DNA of 63,158 nucleotides, filler included, from an uncultured bacterium (GCA_964429075.1; 20 parts of 20 records of this genome joined end to end with filler, not necessarily neighbours in it); one strand, 5' to 3'; shown: positions 23,575 through 35,625, numbered from the whole stretch's first letter. The notes: a model not told the origin generated them from the sequence alone. Translations and numbers: made by a program.

Positions 23575-24023
23575 CTTTTTTTTCTCATCGCTGTAAATTC
23601 ACCTTCACAAACCAGATTACCCTCTACCCTGCTCTCTACCCACTGCTTCCAGATACCTCTTCTTTTTCTCAGTACCTTTACATATATATCCACAGTATCG
23701 CCAGGGAAGACAGGCCTCCTGAATTTCACCTTATCAAGGGCCATAAAAACCACTACCTCATCTGATAGAATTGGCCCTTCACTGAGACAGCCAAGCACAG
23801 CGGATGCCTGAGCCATTGCCTCAAGCATTATAACACCTGGCGTAAGTGGCATATCTGGGAAATGTCCTCTATAAAACCACTCATCTTCTTTAAAGGTATA
23901 CCTGCATAAGGCGCTCTCATTTACCTTATATTCAATCACTCCATCCAGAAATAAAAAGGGTTCCCTATGGGGAATAAGCTGCTTTATCCCTTCTCTATCC
24001 ACTACGAAGTCTTTCGATCCCAT
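23571..24023 (-). CDS. fabZ: 3-hydroxyacyl-ACP dehydratase
   Basis: IPHREPFLFLD, GHFP, PGVIMLEAMAQ, KFRRPVFPGD; ATG 24023 with GGAGG SD. Confidence 0.93.
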   Translation of the reverse strand: MGSKDFVVDREGIKQLIPHREPFLFLDGVIEYKVNESALCRYTFKEDEWFYRGHFPDMPLTPGVIMLEAMAQASAVLGCLSEGPILSDEVVVFMALDKVKFRRPVFPGDTVDIYVKVLRKRRGIWKQWVESRVEGNLVCEGEFTAMRKKR

Positions 24024-24411
24024 TCTGTAGCCTCCTGTATAGTTCCTCTGGCATCTTTTTTGTTTTACCATCTCGACCCACACAGAGGTGGATAGTAGTG
24101 CCTTCAGCAGAAAGCTCCCCTTTTTCATTATAGATCTTGTATGAAAAATCGATACGCTTTCTGGTTAGCTGGTCCACAAAAAGCTCTATGGTAATTAGCT
24201 CATCATAGCCAATAGGCCTTCTATATTTACAACTACATTCCACAAGCGGGAAGCCAACCCCCATATTTTCCACCTGACCGTATGGTAGATCTATTTTTCG
24301 CATAAACTCTGTTCTTGCCCTTTCAAAAAATCTAAAGTAGTTTGAATGGTACACTACGCCCATCTTATCTGTATCACCGTATATTACCCTGTATCTTATC
24401 CTGAACATCAA
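23995..24411 (-). CDS. YbgC/FadM-family acyl-CoA thioesterase
   Basis: RVIYGDTDKMGVVYHSNYFRFFERAR. Confidence 0.88.
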   Translation of the reverse strand: MMFRIRYRVIYGDTDKMGVVYHSNYFRFFERARTEFMRKIDLPYGQVENMGVGFPLVECSCKYRRPIGYDELITIELFVDQLTRKRIDFSYKIYNEKGELSAEGTTIHLCVGRDGKTKKMPEELYRRLQNGIERLRSG

Positions 24412-25574
24412 AAAACCCTCTTTATCCGTTCTATGGCCTTATCAATAACATCAAGATCGACTGTAAATGATAGTCTTATATATCCCTCTGTACCAAAGGC
24501 CTCTCCAGGTACAGCAGCAATATGTGCCTCTTCGAGAAGAACACTGCATAATTCAACTGTGTCTTTATAGCTGTGTTTTTTCAAAATATCCTTTACATCC
24601 GGATAAATATAAAATGAACCTCCAGGCAGTTTCACCGATATACCATCGATCTCTTTAAGTCGTTCAAACATATAGTCACGTCTCTTTCTAAATGTCTCTC
24701 TATATTCTTGTATCAATGATCCTCTGTTTTCTAATGCACATACCGCTGCCCATTGAGATACTGATGTAGGATTTGATGTACTGTGACTCTGAACCGATTT
24801 TATTGCCTTAATCAACTCTTTTGGCCCTGCTGCATAACCGATACGCCAGCCTGTCATTGAAAATGCCTTACTTACACCGTTTACCACTACCACCCTATCG
24901 TAAAGTTCATTATCAACCATAAGTATATTGTAAAATGGGCCAGAGAAGTTGAGGACTTCATATATATCATCACTGATAATAACGATCTCAGGATAGTTTT
25001 TTAACAATTGAGAGAGTGAAAGAAGCTCATTTTTTGTAAATACATACCCTGAAGGATTTGAAGGACTGTTGAGAATAATAGCCCTTGTCTTTTCTGTTAT
25101 CGCTGACTCGATTTTGTCGATATCTATACCAGATTCAGTAAAAAATCCCTTTATAATCTTCGGAGTTCCTCCTGCAAGTTTTGTCATCTCTGGATAAGAT
25201 ACCCAGTAAGGTGCGGGTATCAGGACCTCATCACCAGAATCGAGCAATGCAAACAGTATGTTGAAGAGAGAATGTTTTGCACCACAGGATACGACAATCT
25301 GATCATGATCATAGTCAAGGCCATTGTCTTCCCTCAACTTCTGTACAATTGCCTCCTTCAGCTCTGGTATACCATCTGCAGGGGTATACTTTGTCTTTCC
25401 AAGATCTATAGCCTCTTTCGCAGCTTTTTTTATTATTTCGGGTGTATCGAAATCTGGCTCACCTGCTGAAAGCGGAATCACATCTATACCAGCTGCCCTC
25501 ATTGACTTTGCCTTTGCTGTTATTGAAAGAGTAATTGATGGAGATACTGAAAGCGCCTTCTTAGAGATCTTCAT
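24408..25574 (-). CDS. aspC: Aspartate aminotransferase (PLP class I)
   Basis: AGEPDFDTP, LNSPSNPSG, SDDIYE, SKAFSMTGWRIG. Confidence 0.88.
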   Translation of the reverse strand: MKISKKALSVSPSITLSITAKAKSMRAAGIDVIPLSAGEPDFDTPEIIKKAAKEAIDLGKTKYTPADGIPELKEAIVQKLREDNGLDYDHDQIVVSCGAKHSLFNILFALLDSGDEVLIPAPYWVSYPEMTKLAGGTPKIIKGFFTESGIDIDKIESAITEKTRAIILNSPSNPSGYVFTKNELLSLSQLLKNYPEIVIISDDIYEVLNFSGPFYNILMVDNELYDRVVVVNGVSKAFSMTGWRIGYAAGPKELIKAIKSVQSHSTSNPTSVSQWAAVCALENRGSLIQEYRETFRKRRDYMFERLKEIDGISVKLPGGSFYIYPDVKDILKKHSYKDTVELCSVLLEEAHIAAVPGEAFGTEGYIRLSFTVDLDVIDKAIERIKRVF

Positions 25575-25576
25575 AG

Positions 25577-25968
25577 TCAATGACCCTCTTTAAATTTCTT
25601 TTTAAGTGCCTCAACAACATTGGGTGGTACTATGCTTGAAACATCTCCCCCCAGAATGGCCACCTCTTTTACAAGTTGAGAACTCACATAAAAATGCTTG
25701 CCTTCTGTCATCATAAATACCGTATCCATACCAGGATGAAGCTGCCTGTTCATATTGGCCATTTGAAACTCGTATTCAAAGTCACTAACAACCCTAAGCC
25801 CCCTCACTATAACCTTTGCGTTCACCTTTTTGGCATAGTTTACAAGGAGTCCATCAAAACTATCCACCTCAATCCTCGGATCATTATCAAAATACTCCTT
25901 GATCAATTTTACCCTCTCTTCTACACTGAAAAGTGGAGTCTTTCCTGGGTTCTTAAGTACTGCAACAA
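25577..25968 (-). CDS. coaD: Phosphopantetheine adenylyltransferase, 5'-truncated
   Basis: NPGKTPLFSVEER, RGLRVVSDFEYEFQMA, VSSQLVKEVA. Confidence 0.93.
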
Positions 25969-26068
25969 NNNNNNNNNNNNNNNNNNNNNNNNNNNNNNNN
26001 NNNNNNNNNNNNTTAATTAATTAANNNNNNNNNNNNNNNNNNNNNNNNNNNNNNNNNNNNNNNNNNNN

Positions 26069-28205
26069 GCTTTTCGATGGCAGTTTTTAGTGCAGGTACA
26101 GATCCCTGTACATCGGTCTTCAAGATTATCTTGAGTTCCTGAATCTGTCCCTCTTTGACCATTGTAAATAGATCTTCCAATGTAACCTTCTTTTTGGCAG
26201 CAAGTTCTTGTTGTTGACCCTTCTCAAAGAATTCAATTATCTCTTTTGCCTTTTTTTCATCGTTTACTACCCAGAATTTTTGGCCGATTTCAGGCAACTT
26301 ATCGAGACCTGTAACCTCTACAGGCTCAGAAGGTCCTGCCTCTTTAAGGCTTTTTCCATCAGAACTCATCATTGACTTTACCTTACCTGTACTACTTTTA
26401 GTTATGAGACGATCGCCGATTTTAAGGGTGCCATTTTTTACGATAAAGGTACATACAACACCTCTTCCTTTGTCTATCCTTGCCTCGATTATAACTCCAT
26501 ATGCCTCGCGATCTGGATTTGCTTTATATTCGTTGAGTTCGGCTACAATTAGGATTGATTCGAGAAGATCTTCGATGCCTATACCCTGTTTTGCCGATAT
26601 CTCATTAACAATAACATCCCCTCCCCAGACCTCTGGCATCAATCCGTGTGAGGATATTTGATGGAGTATCTTTTCTGGATTTACGCCAGGTTTATCTATC
26701 TTGTTTATTGCAACTATTATTGGAACTCCCGCCTCTTTTGCATGATTTATTGCCTCAACTGTCTGTGGCATAACCCCATCATCAGCAGCAATAATCAGTA
26801 TAACTATATCTGTTACCATAGAGCCCATCTTTCTCATGTAGGTGAAGGCCTCATGGCCGGGTGTGTCAATAAAAGTTATCTTGGAATTCTTATATTTTAC
26901 TGTATAGGCTCCGATATGCTGAGTTATCCCTCCAAATTCTTGATCTACCACATTTGTTTTTCTGATTCTGTCAAGAAGTGTGGTTTTCCCATGATCTACA
27001 TGTCCCATTACAGTAACTATAGGTGGCCGGGGTACCAGTTTTTCATCAGGATCGGGCGATTCGAGATCCTCTATTATTTTGGATAGATCCTTTGATACTT
27101 GCTTCACTTCATGGCCAAATTCTTCAGCAAGTAAAGTTGCTGTATCAAAATCGAGCATTGTATTTTTATTGGCAGTAATACCAAGTTCCATCAGCTTAAA
27201 GAGAACATCCTGAATCTTTATACCGAGTTCTTTTGAGAAGGTGGTAACATCTATATGATCTTTCATCTCGAGTGTACGCTTTATGTGTTGATGTTCTTTT
27301 GGTTGTTTTGGTTTGATCTTTTCTTTTTTCTTCTTTTTTTGTGTGTGCCGCAATCCACGCTGTGCATCGGTTATGATATCTCTCGTAGCTACAACCTCTT
27401 TTCGACGCCCAAATTTTTTCTTTGTCCTTTTATCCTGTTCTGAAATAAAAAGATTTTTTATATTTGATATTACCTCTTTTACATNNNNNNNNNNCTCTTG
27501 AGTTGCTTTTTGTGTTTTTGTCTTTGATTTTGTCTCTACCTTGGGATATTTTTTCTCTTTTTCTAAAGATTTTTCTTTCTTTTTAGTAACCTCTTTCTCT
27601 TTTTCTTCCTTTTTTACAGTGGGTTCTGCCCTTTTGATTACCCTAATTATCTTAGTGTCGTTAATTTTCCTTGTTTGTTTTGTTTCTGGTTCTTTCTTTT
27701 GCTCTTTTTCTTTTGTTTTATCTTCTTCTAATTCTGTTGTTTCATCAGAATGTGGTTCTTTTTCTTCAACCTTTCTTTTTTTGACCTTTATATGTGTATC
27801 GAGATCGAGCTTACGTGGTGCTTTGGGTAACTCTTTTTTTTCTTCCTTAGCAGGTTCTGATTCTTTTTTTTCTAATTTTTCTTGCTTTTTTTCGATTGAT
27901 TTTTTCTCTTCTTCTGACTCTTTCTCTTTGGACTCTATCTCTTCTTTTAGTTCTGCCTTTTCTTGTTGTTTTTTACGTTTACGCTTTACAAAGACTTTGT
28001 CACCCTTCTTAATTTCCTTAGTTATAACAAAGCTTTTAGCAATCTCTTCTTTATATTTTTTTATTGCATTTTCTGCACTTTTTAACAACATACGATCAAT
28101 AGTTTCTACCGAAACATCAATGCCCTCTGACTCCAGGATCTCAGAGATCTCATCAATAGAGAGAGCAAACCTTTTTGAAAGTCTTATTAGCCAGTCTGGT
28201 GCCAT
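26069..28205 (-). CDS. infB: Translation initiation factor IF-2, 3'-truncated (small internal N gap)
   Basis: K/E-rich N-terminus; RPPIVTVMGHVDHGKTTLLD, GGITQHIGAY, DTPGHEAF, NKID. Confidence 0.96.
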
Positions 28206-28210
28206 AACCC

Positions 28211-29202
28211 TTACCTATCCTTCTCTTTAAAATATTCCTTTGCTTTCTCTATAATCTTTTGGACCTCATTATCATCGATTCCCATATTCTTCAGCTTATC
28301 AGTATCGTCAAGCAACTTTTTTAGGTCTTGAGGAGTATATATCCCACTTTCATTCAGGATGCTGAGTGTCCTATCTGATATATCCAGTATCTCAGCAAGC
28401 TTTATGTGAGGGACCTCACCTTCCTGCACCTCGTCAGGTATATCTTTATGTATGGCAAGTTCGGCCTCTTTTTTTAACCTTTCTATCTCTTTATTATCCA
28501 TATCTAAGACTTCCATCAATTCGTCTTCTGTTGCATCGAGTATATCCTGTATGCTTTCAAAGCCACAATTATAGAGTTCCTCCAGCATCTCTTCATCATA
28601 GCCTTCAAGCCTTCCGAGGTCTTTCATAGCCTTCTGCTTTTTCTTTCTCATCCTTGACTCAGTAAAGACCTCCAGTTTCCACCCTGTAAGCTTTGAAACA
28701 AGATTGATATTCTGCCCGCGTCTACCGATAGCAATAGAGAGTTCTGTATCTGGAACAATTATCTCCATCTCTCTGTTTTCTTCGTCAACAAGAACTCTGT
28801 TTACAACAGCCGGCGTGAGTGCATTGCAAACAAATTTCACAGGGTCATCACTATATTTGACTATATCAATCTTTTCTCCCTTGAGTTCCTGAACAATAGC
28901 CTGCACCCTTGCACCCTTCATACCAACGCAGGCCCCAACCGGGTCTACATTGTAATCCTCAGAATATACGGCAATCTTTGCTCTTTTGCCAGGATCCCTT
29001 GCAACTGCTACAATCTTAACAACTCCTTCTTCTATCTCAGGGACACTCTGTTTAAAGAGTTCTACAAGAAAGTTGTCATCAGTGCGTGAGAGTATTATTT
29101 TTGGTCCTTTTGGGGTATCCTCTATCTCTTTGATATATACCTGAATAATGTCACCTACACGATATTTTTCATGTTTGATCTGCTCCTTGGGTGGTAAGAT
29201 TC
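28211..29202 (-). CDS. nusA: Transcription factor NusA, 5'-truncated
   Basis: ARDPGKRAKIAV, DPVGACVGMKGARV, AIGRRGQN; acidic C-terminal repeats; upstream of infB. Confidence 0.95.
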
Positions 29203-29302
29203 NNNNNNNNNNNNNNNNNNNNNNNNNNNNNNNNNNNNNNNNNNNNTTAATTAATTAANNNNNNNNNNNNNNNNNNNNNNNNNNNNNNNNNNNNNNNNNN
29301 NN

Positions 29303-30899
29303 ATATAAGAGATGTGCCTTAAGATTTATTTTCTACGAAAATCCCTCTTTGTTTAAACGGATAGATCTCAGTCATATTAGATTAAGGGACAGAATAGAAA
29401 TAAAAAAGATAAAGAACGAAGAGTATGAGATACAATCTGCAAAGGCACTACTTTACAGCATTAAAGAAAACAAAAGACCTGAGAAAATTGAGGAAAAGAT
29501 CAGATGGCAACTCATTGATTGCTATGTCAGATGGCGAAATTCTGTATACTTTCAGAGATTCAGACATATCTTTAATGAGTTAGGAATCTATCAAAAAGAG
29601 CGTCTTGGGGAGTTATTAAAGAGTGGTGGCATTCTCGATAGATCTTTTCTTTCTATCCTCTATGAAAAGGGATTTATAGAACCAACAGACAGCAAGATCT
29701 TAGAAGCTGTAAAAGCAATAGAAGATAGGTGGAAGGAAATAGTTAAAGAAGGCTATCAGGAAAAGGCTTTTACAGTGGATAAAGAGGGTTCCAAAGACCT
29801 CGACGATGCAATCTCAATCAGACATAAAAATGATACAATATTTGTGGGTATTCATATATCTGACATCAGACTATATATCGAAAAAGATTCGATACTCGAT
29901 AGGTATGCAAGAAAAAGGGGACAGAGTCTTTATCTACCTGAAAAACAGGTAAATATGTTCCCAGATCCACTTGCCGAAAATATATTTAGCCTTATAGAAG
30001 GGAATGTCTATCCTGTTATATCATTCTATTTTATACAAAAAGGCACAAAGATCAGATTAGACAGTATCATCTTCCAAAACATATATATCAAGAAAAACTA
30101 TTCATACAGGGAGGCAGAATATACCATATCTGAAGAGATTGAACTTTTAAAAAGGATCGGAAGGATCTTAAAAGGTATGCGGGTCCTTGAAGGTGCATGT
30201 GATATCCTGTCTGATGAAATAGATGTAATGGTAGAAGATAATGACAAAATAAGCCTTAAATACGAATCGGTATGTGAGACAAAGACAGCAATAGCTGAGC
30301 TTATGATCCTTCTCAACAGCAGTGTAGCAGAATTATGTCACAAAAAAGGTATACCTATTTTATACAACCGTCAGGACCCACCAGATAAAGCTATTGTTAA
30401 AGAACCAGATTTATCTTCATCTATTGAGACCTATCGATTTTTAAAATGTCTCAAACCTGTCTACTGTGATACCACTGCGGGTCTACACTTTACACTCAAC
30501 AGGCGATATTATTGTAAGGTTTCCTCACCAATAAGAAGATATTTAGATCTTGTTCTTCAGAGACAGATAGCAACCTATCTCTTAGAGAACAAAAAGATGT
30601 ACACCTCATTAGAACTAAAAGAAATAGACCATGAGCTGGCTCCGATTCTGCAGGAGGGGAAAAGGATACAGTCTGACCGCAAAAGATACTGGATCTTAAG
30701 ATATCTAAGTCAATTTGGGATTGGTTACTCTATTAAAGGCTACAGGATTAATAAGAGAAGGGTACTCTTACCAAAATATGGTATCGTAGCAGGGGTGCAC
30801 AAACAGCACAGCACATCACTTCTTCCAGGCGAAAGAAGATATAGAATTGTACATATAGACCTTGATAAAAGAAGTATTTTTGTAGCTCCTGATTACTAA
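29303..30899 (+). CDS. RNB-domain ribonuclease (RNase II/R family), probably 5'-truncated
   Basis: TVDKEGSKDLDDA, IHISD, SSPIRRYLDL; frame open from contig start. Confidence 0.85.
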
Positions 30900-30901
30900 A
30901 A

Positions 30902-31564
30902 ATGCAACCAGTTGAACTCTATAACAAACTCTTAGAAGAATATGGTCATCAGGGCTGGTGGCCTGCAGAGACTCCCTTTGAGGTTATTGTTGGAGCCGTA
31001 CTTACACAGACAACAAACTGGAGAAATGTACAAAAAGCAATAGAAAATCTCAAAAAAAGAGGACTTATGACACCTCAGTCCATAATAGAATCAGACCTTT
31101 CAGAGATTGAAGATGCAATAAGACCATGTGGATATTTCAGGATCAAGGCAAAGCGGCTGATCAATCTCATACAATTCTTTTATGAAAAATTTGATTTTGA
31201 TCTGAAAAGGATGGAAGAGGTATCCCTCCATAGCCTGAGAGAGATGATACTCTCGGTCAGGGGCATCGGTCCAGAGACAGCAGATTCAATCCTCCTTTAT
31301 GCACTAAACAGGCTGACATTTGTTGTGGATGCATACACCAAACGTATATGTGTAAGGCTTGGGATAATCGATGAGAATGCCGATTATTATACAATTAAAG
31401 GCTTTTTAGAGGATTCGATCCCCCAGGATCTTGAACTCTATAAGGATTTCCATGCACAATTTGTAATACACGGTAAAATGAGGTGCAAAAAGACAAAACC
31501 CCTTTGCAAAAACTGTCCTCTCATGCCTGAATGCCAATTTCATATAACCTGTTTGAGAACATGA
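30902..31564 (+). CDS. HhH-GPD endonuclease III-family DNA glycosylase
   Basis: GWWPA, GAVLTQ, GIGPETADSILLY, VVDAYT, C-terminal CKKTKPLCKNCPLMPEC Fe-S motif. Confidence 0.88.
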   Translation: MQPVELYNKLLEEYGHQGWWPAETPFEVIVGAVLTQTTNWRNVQKAIENLKKRGLMTPQSIIESDLSEIEDAIRPCGYFRIKAKRLINLIQFFYEKFDFDLKRMEEVSLHSLREMILSVRGIGPETADSILLYALNRLTFVVDAYTKRICVRLGIIDENADYYTIKGFLEDSIPQDLELYKDFHAQFVIHGKMRCKKTKPLCKNCPLMPECQFHITCLRT

Positions 31565-32368
31565 GATCAAGATCATCCGGCGAGGAGGGCGACCAGCCTG
31601 TTGTATCGAGCCAGCTATTTCTGTCTTCCATACACAGATATACAAATACATCCCTTGCCCTATCTTTTATAGACCAGTACATAGTTCTCAACATATCCAG
31701 TCTAATAGGGCCTGGATATCGAAATTTTCCATCCCTGGCCTTTATGAGGTAAGAATGAAACAGTTTACTGTGTGGATTTTTGACAATCATTCCATAGTAG
31801 GAGTCTGGAGCAAACCTGAGGGTGCCAAGACTGATCCATGCAATCCTGTGTGAATCAATATTATCAAAAATCAAATCAACAACACCCCTATATTCATGTC
31901 GCCATCCATTATAATTGATAATTGGATCAAAATGAAAACCTACAAATCCACCACTGTTGGCCCATCTTTTTGCAGCATATATCCTGTCGATAAGTGTTGA
32001 TGTTGATCTCTCATAATTTCTTATTACTCTCTCTGTGTTTACTGACCATGAGAGTATAACCTTTTGTTTTGCCCCTGGATCTATCTCTGCTACTGTGGCT
32101 TTCTTTGTCTTTATCTCAAGACAAACTCCTCTTAGACCAACTAAAATTGAGCTGAGCCACCTATTTACCGGTATTAGATATTCAAGTATTGCACTATCTG
32201 ACATCTCGCCGGTAGTAATTCGTAATATCCTATCTTTTCTGATTCTTTTTTTTATCTGTTTGGCAATACTTTTAGAACTAAAATTCAGAGTTACAGGGCT
32301 TTTTCTGGCATAACCATGAAGAAAGCAGTATTCACAGTACATCGAACAGCTTTCAAGTATATCAAGGG
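31521..32368 (-). CDS. Spore-photoproduct-lyase-like radical SAM protein, 5'-truncated
   Basis: CSMYCEYC (CxxxCxxC), TGEMSDS, LEIKTK, GFHFDPII, DGKFRY, YLCME. Confidence 0.8.
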
Positions 32369-32590
32369 NNNNNNNNNNNNNNNNNNNNNNNNNNNNNNNN
32401 NNNNNNNNNNNNTTAATTAATTAANNNNNNNNNNNNNNNNNNNNNNNNNNNNNNNNNNNNNNNNNNNNGTTATATTCTCTTTGCCTGCTATATCAGTCAT
32501 ATTATACAGACCTTTATACTTACCAAAAACTCTTCTCTTAAAGTTCATGTGCTTGACCTTTTTTTGGTTCAGTATTAAAAGATCAAATCA

Positions 32591-32944
32591 ATGAAGAGAT
32601 TTGTATTAAAATCAAAGATCCACAGGGCTACAGTTACAGAGGCTGACCTCAACTATGAAGGCAGTCTAACAATCGATCCTGTTCTTATGGAACTTGCTGA
32701 CCTTGTCCCATTCGAGCGGGTATTTGTCTACAACATCACAAATGGTCACCGTTTCGACACCTATGTAATAGAGGGAAAAAGAGAGACCGGTCAGATCTGT
32801 GTAAATGGAGCTGCTGCAAGGCTTGCAATGAAAGGAGATCTTATAATTATTACCTCTTTTGTACTCCTTGATGAAGAAGAGCTGAAATCCTTCAAACCAA
32901 AACTGGTATTCGTAGATAGTAAAAACAGACCAAAGAAACTGTAG
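32591..32944 (+). CDS. panD: Aspartate 1-decarboxylase
   Basis: [25 protein letters not shown]. Confidence 0.96.
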   Translation: MKRFVLKSKIHRATVTEADLNYEGSLTIDPVLMELADLVPFERVFVYNITNGHRFDTYVIEGKRETGQICVNGAAARLAMKGDLIIITSFVLLDEEELKSFKPKLVFVDSKNRPKKL

Positions 32945-32958
32945 CCAGATAAAATATT

Positions 32959-34287
32959 ATGTCCGCACAGGATAAACAGATGTATTCTCAGGCCATTAGG
33001 GCCTTTTTGAAACCTGTTTTAAAATATTTAGATGATCCTGATGTAAGTGAAATTATGATCAACAACCCTGACGATATATGGATAGAAAAAAAGGGGCTTT
33101 TATACAAGACAAAGGCCAGATTTACAAAGGAGGGTCTTGCAGCAGCATGTAGAAATATTGCCCAGTATGTTGGTAGGGTGGTAAATCAGGAAAGGCCACG
33201 AGTGGATGCCAGATTACCAGATGGCTCAAGAATCCATATAATCCTGCATCCAATCGCCCGAAGAGGCACAACCATGTGCATCAGAAAATTTTTCCCTCGC
33301 AAGTTGTCTCTCGAAGATCTTATTCCTTTTGGATCTATTACCGAAGAGGCTGTGGAGTTCATAAAGGCATGTGTGGTTGGTAAGATAAATCTTATTGTCT
33401 CTGGTGGAACAGGATCTGGGAAGACAACATTTTTAAATGCCGCATCTAAATATATCCCGAATTCAGAGCGAATAATCACAATAGAGGATTCTGCAGAGCT
33501 TCAGCTCAGTCAGGAACATCTTGTATCCCTTGAGACACGGCCTCCTGATAAGCATGGTCGTGGTGAAGTAACAATGCGAGATCTTTTGATATCTTCATTA
33601 AGGATGAGACCTGACAGAATAATCATAGGAGAGATCAGAAGTGGGGAGGCCTTCGATTATCTACAGGCAATCAATACCGGCCATGCTGGTTCAATGTGCA
33701 CCATACATGCAAATAGTGCTATTGAGGCATTATATAGGCTTGAATCTTTATGTCTTATGAGCGATGTGGATATGCCTATTATTGCAATAAGGGCACAGAT
33801 TGCATCTGCCCTTGAGCTTGTTGTCTGTGTCAACCGCTTTGAAGATGGTTCAAGAAAGGTTACCCAGATCTCAGAAGTTCTGCCACTATCCAAAAAGGGT
33901 GATTATAGAATAGCTGATATCTTTGTGTTTGAAAGGACTGGTAAATCAGATGATGGTAAGGTTCTTGGTTATTTGTCTCCAACTGGTGTAATACCCACTT
34001 TTATGCGAAGGCTCATTGTAATGGGCTTCAAACACATTGATGAGGCATTTTTTAATCCAGAATCCTATGGATATAAGCCACCAGAATTCTTTATCATTCC
34101 AGAAGATGGGGGCGTAAAGTTAGCAAAAGAAAAAAGAAATATAGATATCAAAAGAAAAGAGTCACAAAAAGACTTAAAAGAGGTAAGTAAAACAACTGTT
34201 GAATATAGCGAGGATAAGACAATACCTGGCGGAGTTAAGATACCAGAAGAGCTGAAAGAAGAAAAAACTACAATTGAAGATTCTTGA
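32959..34287 (+). CDS. cpaF: CpaF/TadA-family pilus assembly ATPase
   Basis: DDPDVSEIMIN, DARLPDGSR, SGGTGSGKTT, LRMRPDRIIIGE, NTGHAGS..TIHAN. Confidence 0.9.
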   Translation: MSAQDKQMYSQAIRAFLKPVLKYLDDPDVSEIMINNPDDIWIEKKGLLYKTKARFTKEGLAAACRNIAQYVGRVVNQERPRVDARLPDGSRIHIILHPIARRGTTMCIRKFFPRKLSLEDLIPFGSITEEAVEFIKACVVGKINLIVSGGTGSGKTTFLNAASKYIPNSERIITIEDSAELQLSQEHLVSLETRPPDKHGRGEVTMRDLLISSLRMRPDRIIIGEIRSGEAFDYLQAINTGHAGSMCTIHANSAIEALYRLESLCLMSDVDMPIIAIRAQIASALELVVCVNRFEDGSRKVTQISEVLPLSKKGDYRIADIFVFERTGKSDDGKVLGYLSPTGVIPTFMRRLIVMGFKHIDEAFFNPESYGYKPPEFFIIPEDGGVKLAKEKRNIDIKRKESQKDLKEVSKTTVEYSEDKTIPGGVKIPEELKEEKTTIEDS

Positions 34288-35341
34288 TAAGGTTTTGGAA
34301 TTCGTCAATATCTGTGCATCTTGAGAGCGCTGTTTCTATAGAGATAACACCCCGTTCAACAAGCTGTACAAGTGCCTGATTCATAGTCTGCATCCTACTC
34401 TTTTCCTGTCCAACCTGCATTTGAGAGTAAATCTGTTGTATTTTATTCTCCCTTATAAGATTCCTGATTGCAGGAGTCATAACCAAGATTTCACAGGCGA
34501 GAGCAAGTTTACCTGTCTTGGTTCTTACAAGTTGCTGGGAAACTACACCCTCTAACACAAAGGAAAGTTGTGCCCTGACTTGAGATTGCTGATGGGGAGG
34601 GAATACATCTATAATCCTGTTGATGCTCTGGATTGCAGTGTTGGTATGAAGTGTTGCAAGTACAAGATGTCCTGTTTCTGCAAGTGTAAGGGCGGTCTCA
34701 ATTGTATCGAGATCACGCATCTCACCTATGAGAATTACGTCCGGATCCTGCCTGAGTACATATTTGAGGGCGTTCTTAAAAGAGTGGGTATCCATCCCCA
34801 CCTCTCTCTGACTCACGATGCATTTTTTGTGCTGGTGTAGAAATTCTATCGGATCTTCGATAGTGATTATGTGCCCCTGTCGGTTTGAGTTTATTAGGTC
34901 TATTAATGCAGAGATGGTTGTTGTTTTACCCGATCCAGTCGGCCCGGTAATCAATACAAGCCCCCTCGGTCTGAAGGCAAGCTCACCAACAATGGGAGGG
35001 ACACCAAGCTCTTGAAGGGTCTTTATCTGAAAAGGTATAGCCCTGAAGGCACCACTAATAGCCCCTCTCTGTATGAATATATTTGCCCTGAATCTGCTTA
35101 GTCCCTTTACTCCAAATGAAAAATCTAATTCCCTATCTCTTTCAAATCTCTTTATCTGTGAAGGTGTCAGTATAGAATAACAGAGGCGCTTGGTGTCGTC
35201 TGGAGTAAGTCTTGGTACTGCAAGAGGAGTTAACAGTCCACCAATCCTGAGCTGTGGGGGTGAACCTGATGTTATGTGAAGATCAGACGCACCCTTGTCT
35301 ACCATTGTTTTAAGCAACTGTTGCATGGTTATCATTGCCAT
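34268..35341 (-). CDS. pilT: Type IV pilus retraction ATPase
   Basis: ASDLHI, GPTGSGKTTT, TIEDPIE, LRQDPD, ETGHLVLATLHT, AIRNLIRE. Confidence 0.95.
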   Translation of the reverse strand: MAMITMQQLLKTMVDKGASDLHITSGSPPQLRIGGLLTPLAVPRLTPDDTKRLCYSILTPSQIKRFERDRELDFSFGVKGLSRFRANIFIQRGAISGAFRAIPFQIKTLQELGVPPIVGELAFRPRGLVLITGPTGSGKTTTISALIDLINSNRQGHIITIEDPIEFLHQHKKCIVSQREVGMDTHSFKNALKYVLRQDPDVILIGEMRDLDTIETALTLAETGHLVLATLHTNTAIQSINRIIDVFPPHQQSQVRAQLSFVLEGVVSQQLVRTKTGKLALACEILVMTPAIRNLIRENKIQQIYSQMQVGQEKSRMQTMNQALVQLVERGVISIETALSRCTDIDEFQNLIKNLQL

Positions 35342-35625
35342 AGCCCTTTGCTCCTTTTTAAAGATGAATAAATAATACCAAAAACCTGCAATCTTCTAAA
35401 TTTGTGTATGAAATTTAATAAGCCTTGTCAATACTTTTATACTCGACTCACTCATATTACTTAAGATAACCTTAAAAAAGTGATAATCATACCTTAAGTG
35501 TATTGTATATATCCCCAGTAAGAATNNNNNNNNNNNNNNNNNNNNNNNNNNNNNNNNNNNNNNNNNNNNTTAATTAATTAANNNNNNNNNNNNNNNNNNN
35601 NNNNNNNNNNNNNNNNNNNNNNNNN

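Noticed and set aside
24024-24128. N-terminal extension on FabZ in the ORF track
   Set aside because: It lies within the thioesterase gene; ATG 24023 has a GGAGG SD and gives a normal-length FabZ.
27485-27494. Short N-run inside infB as a disruption
   Set aside because: Scaffolding gap of ambiguous bases; coding sequence continues on both sides.
27541-28230. 229-aa F/S-rich ORF on the plus strand
   Set aside because: Shadow of the K/E-rich IF-2 N-terminus. Most other short antisense ORFs in the track were rejected for the same reason.
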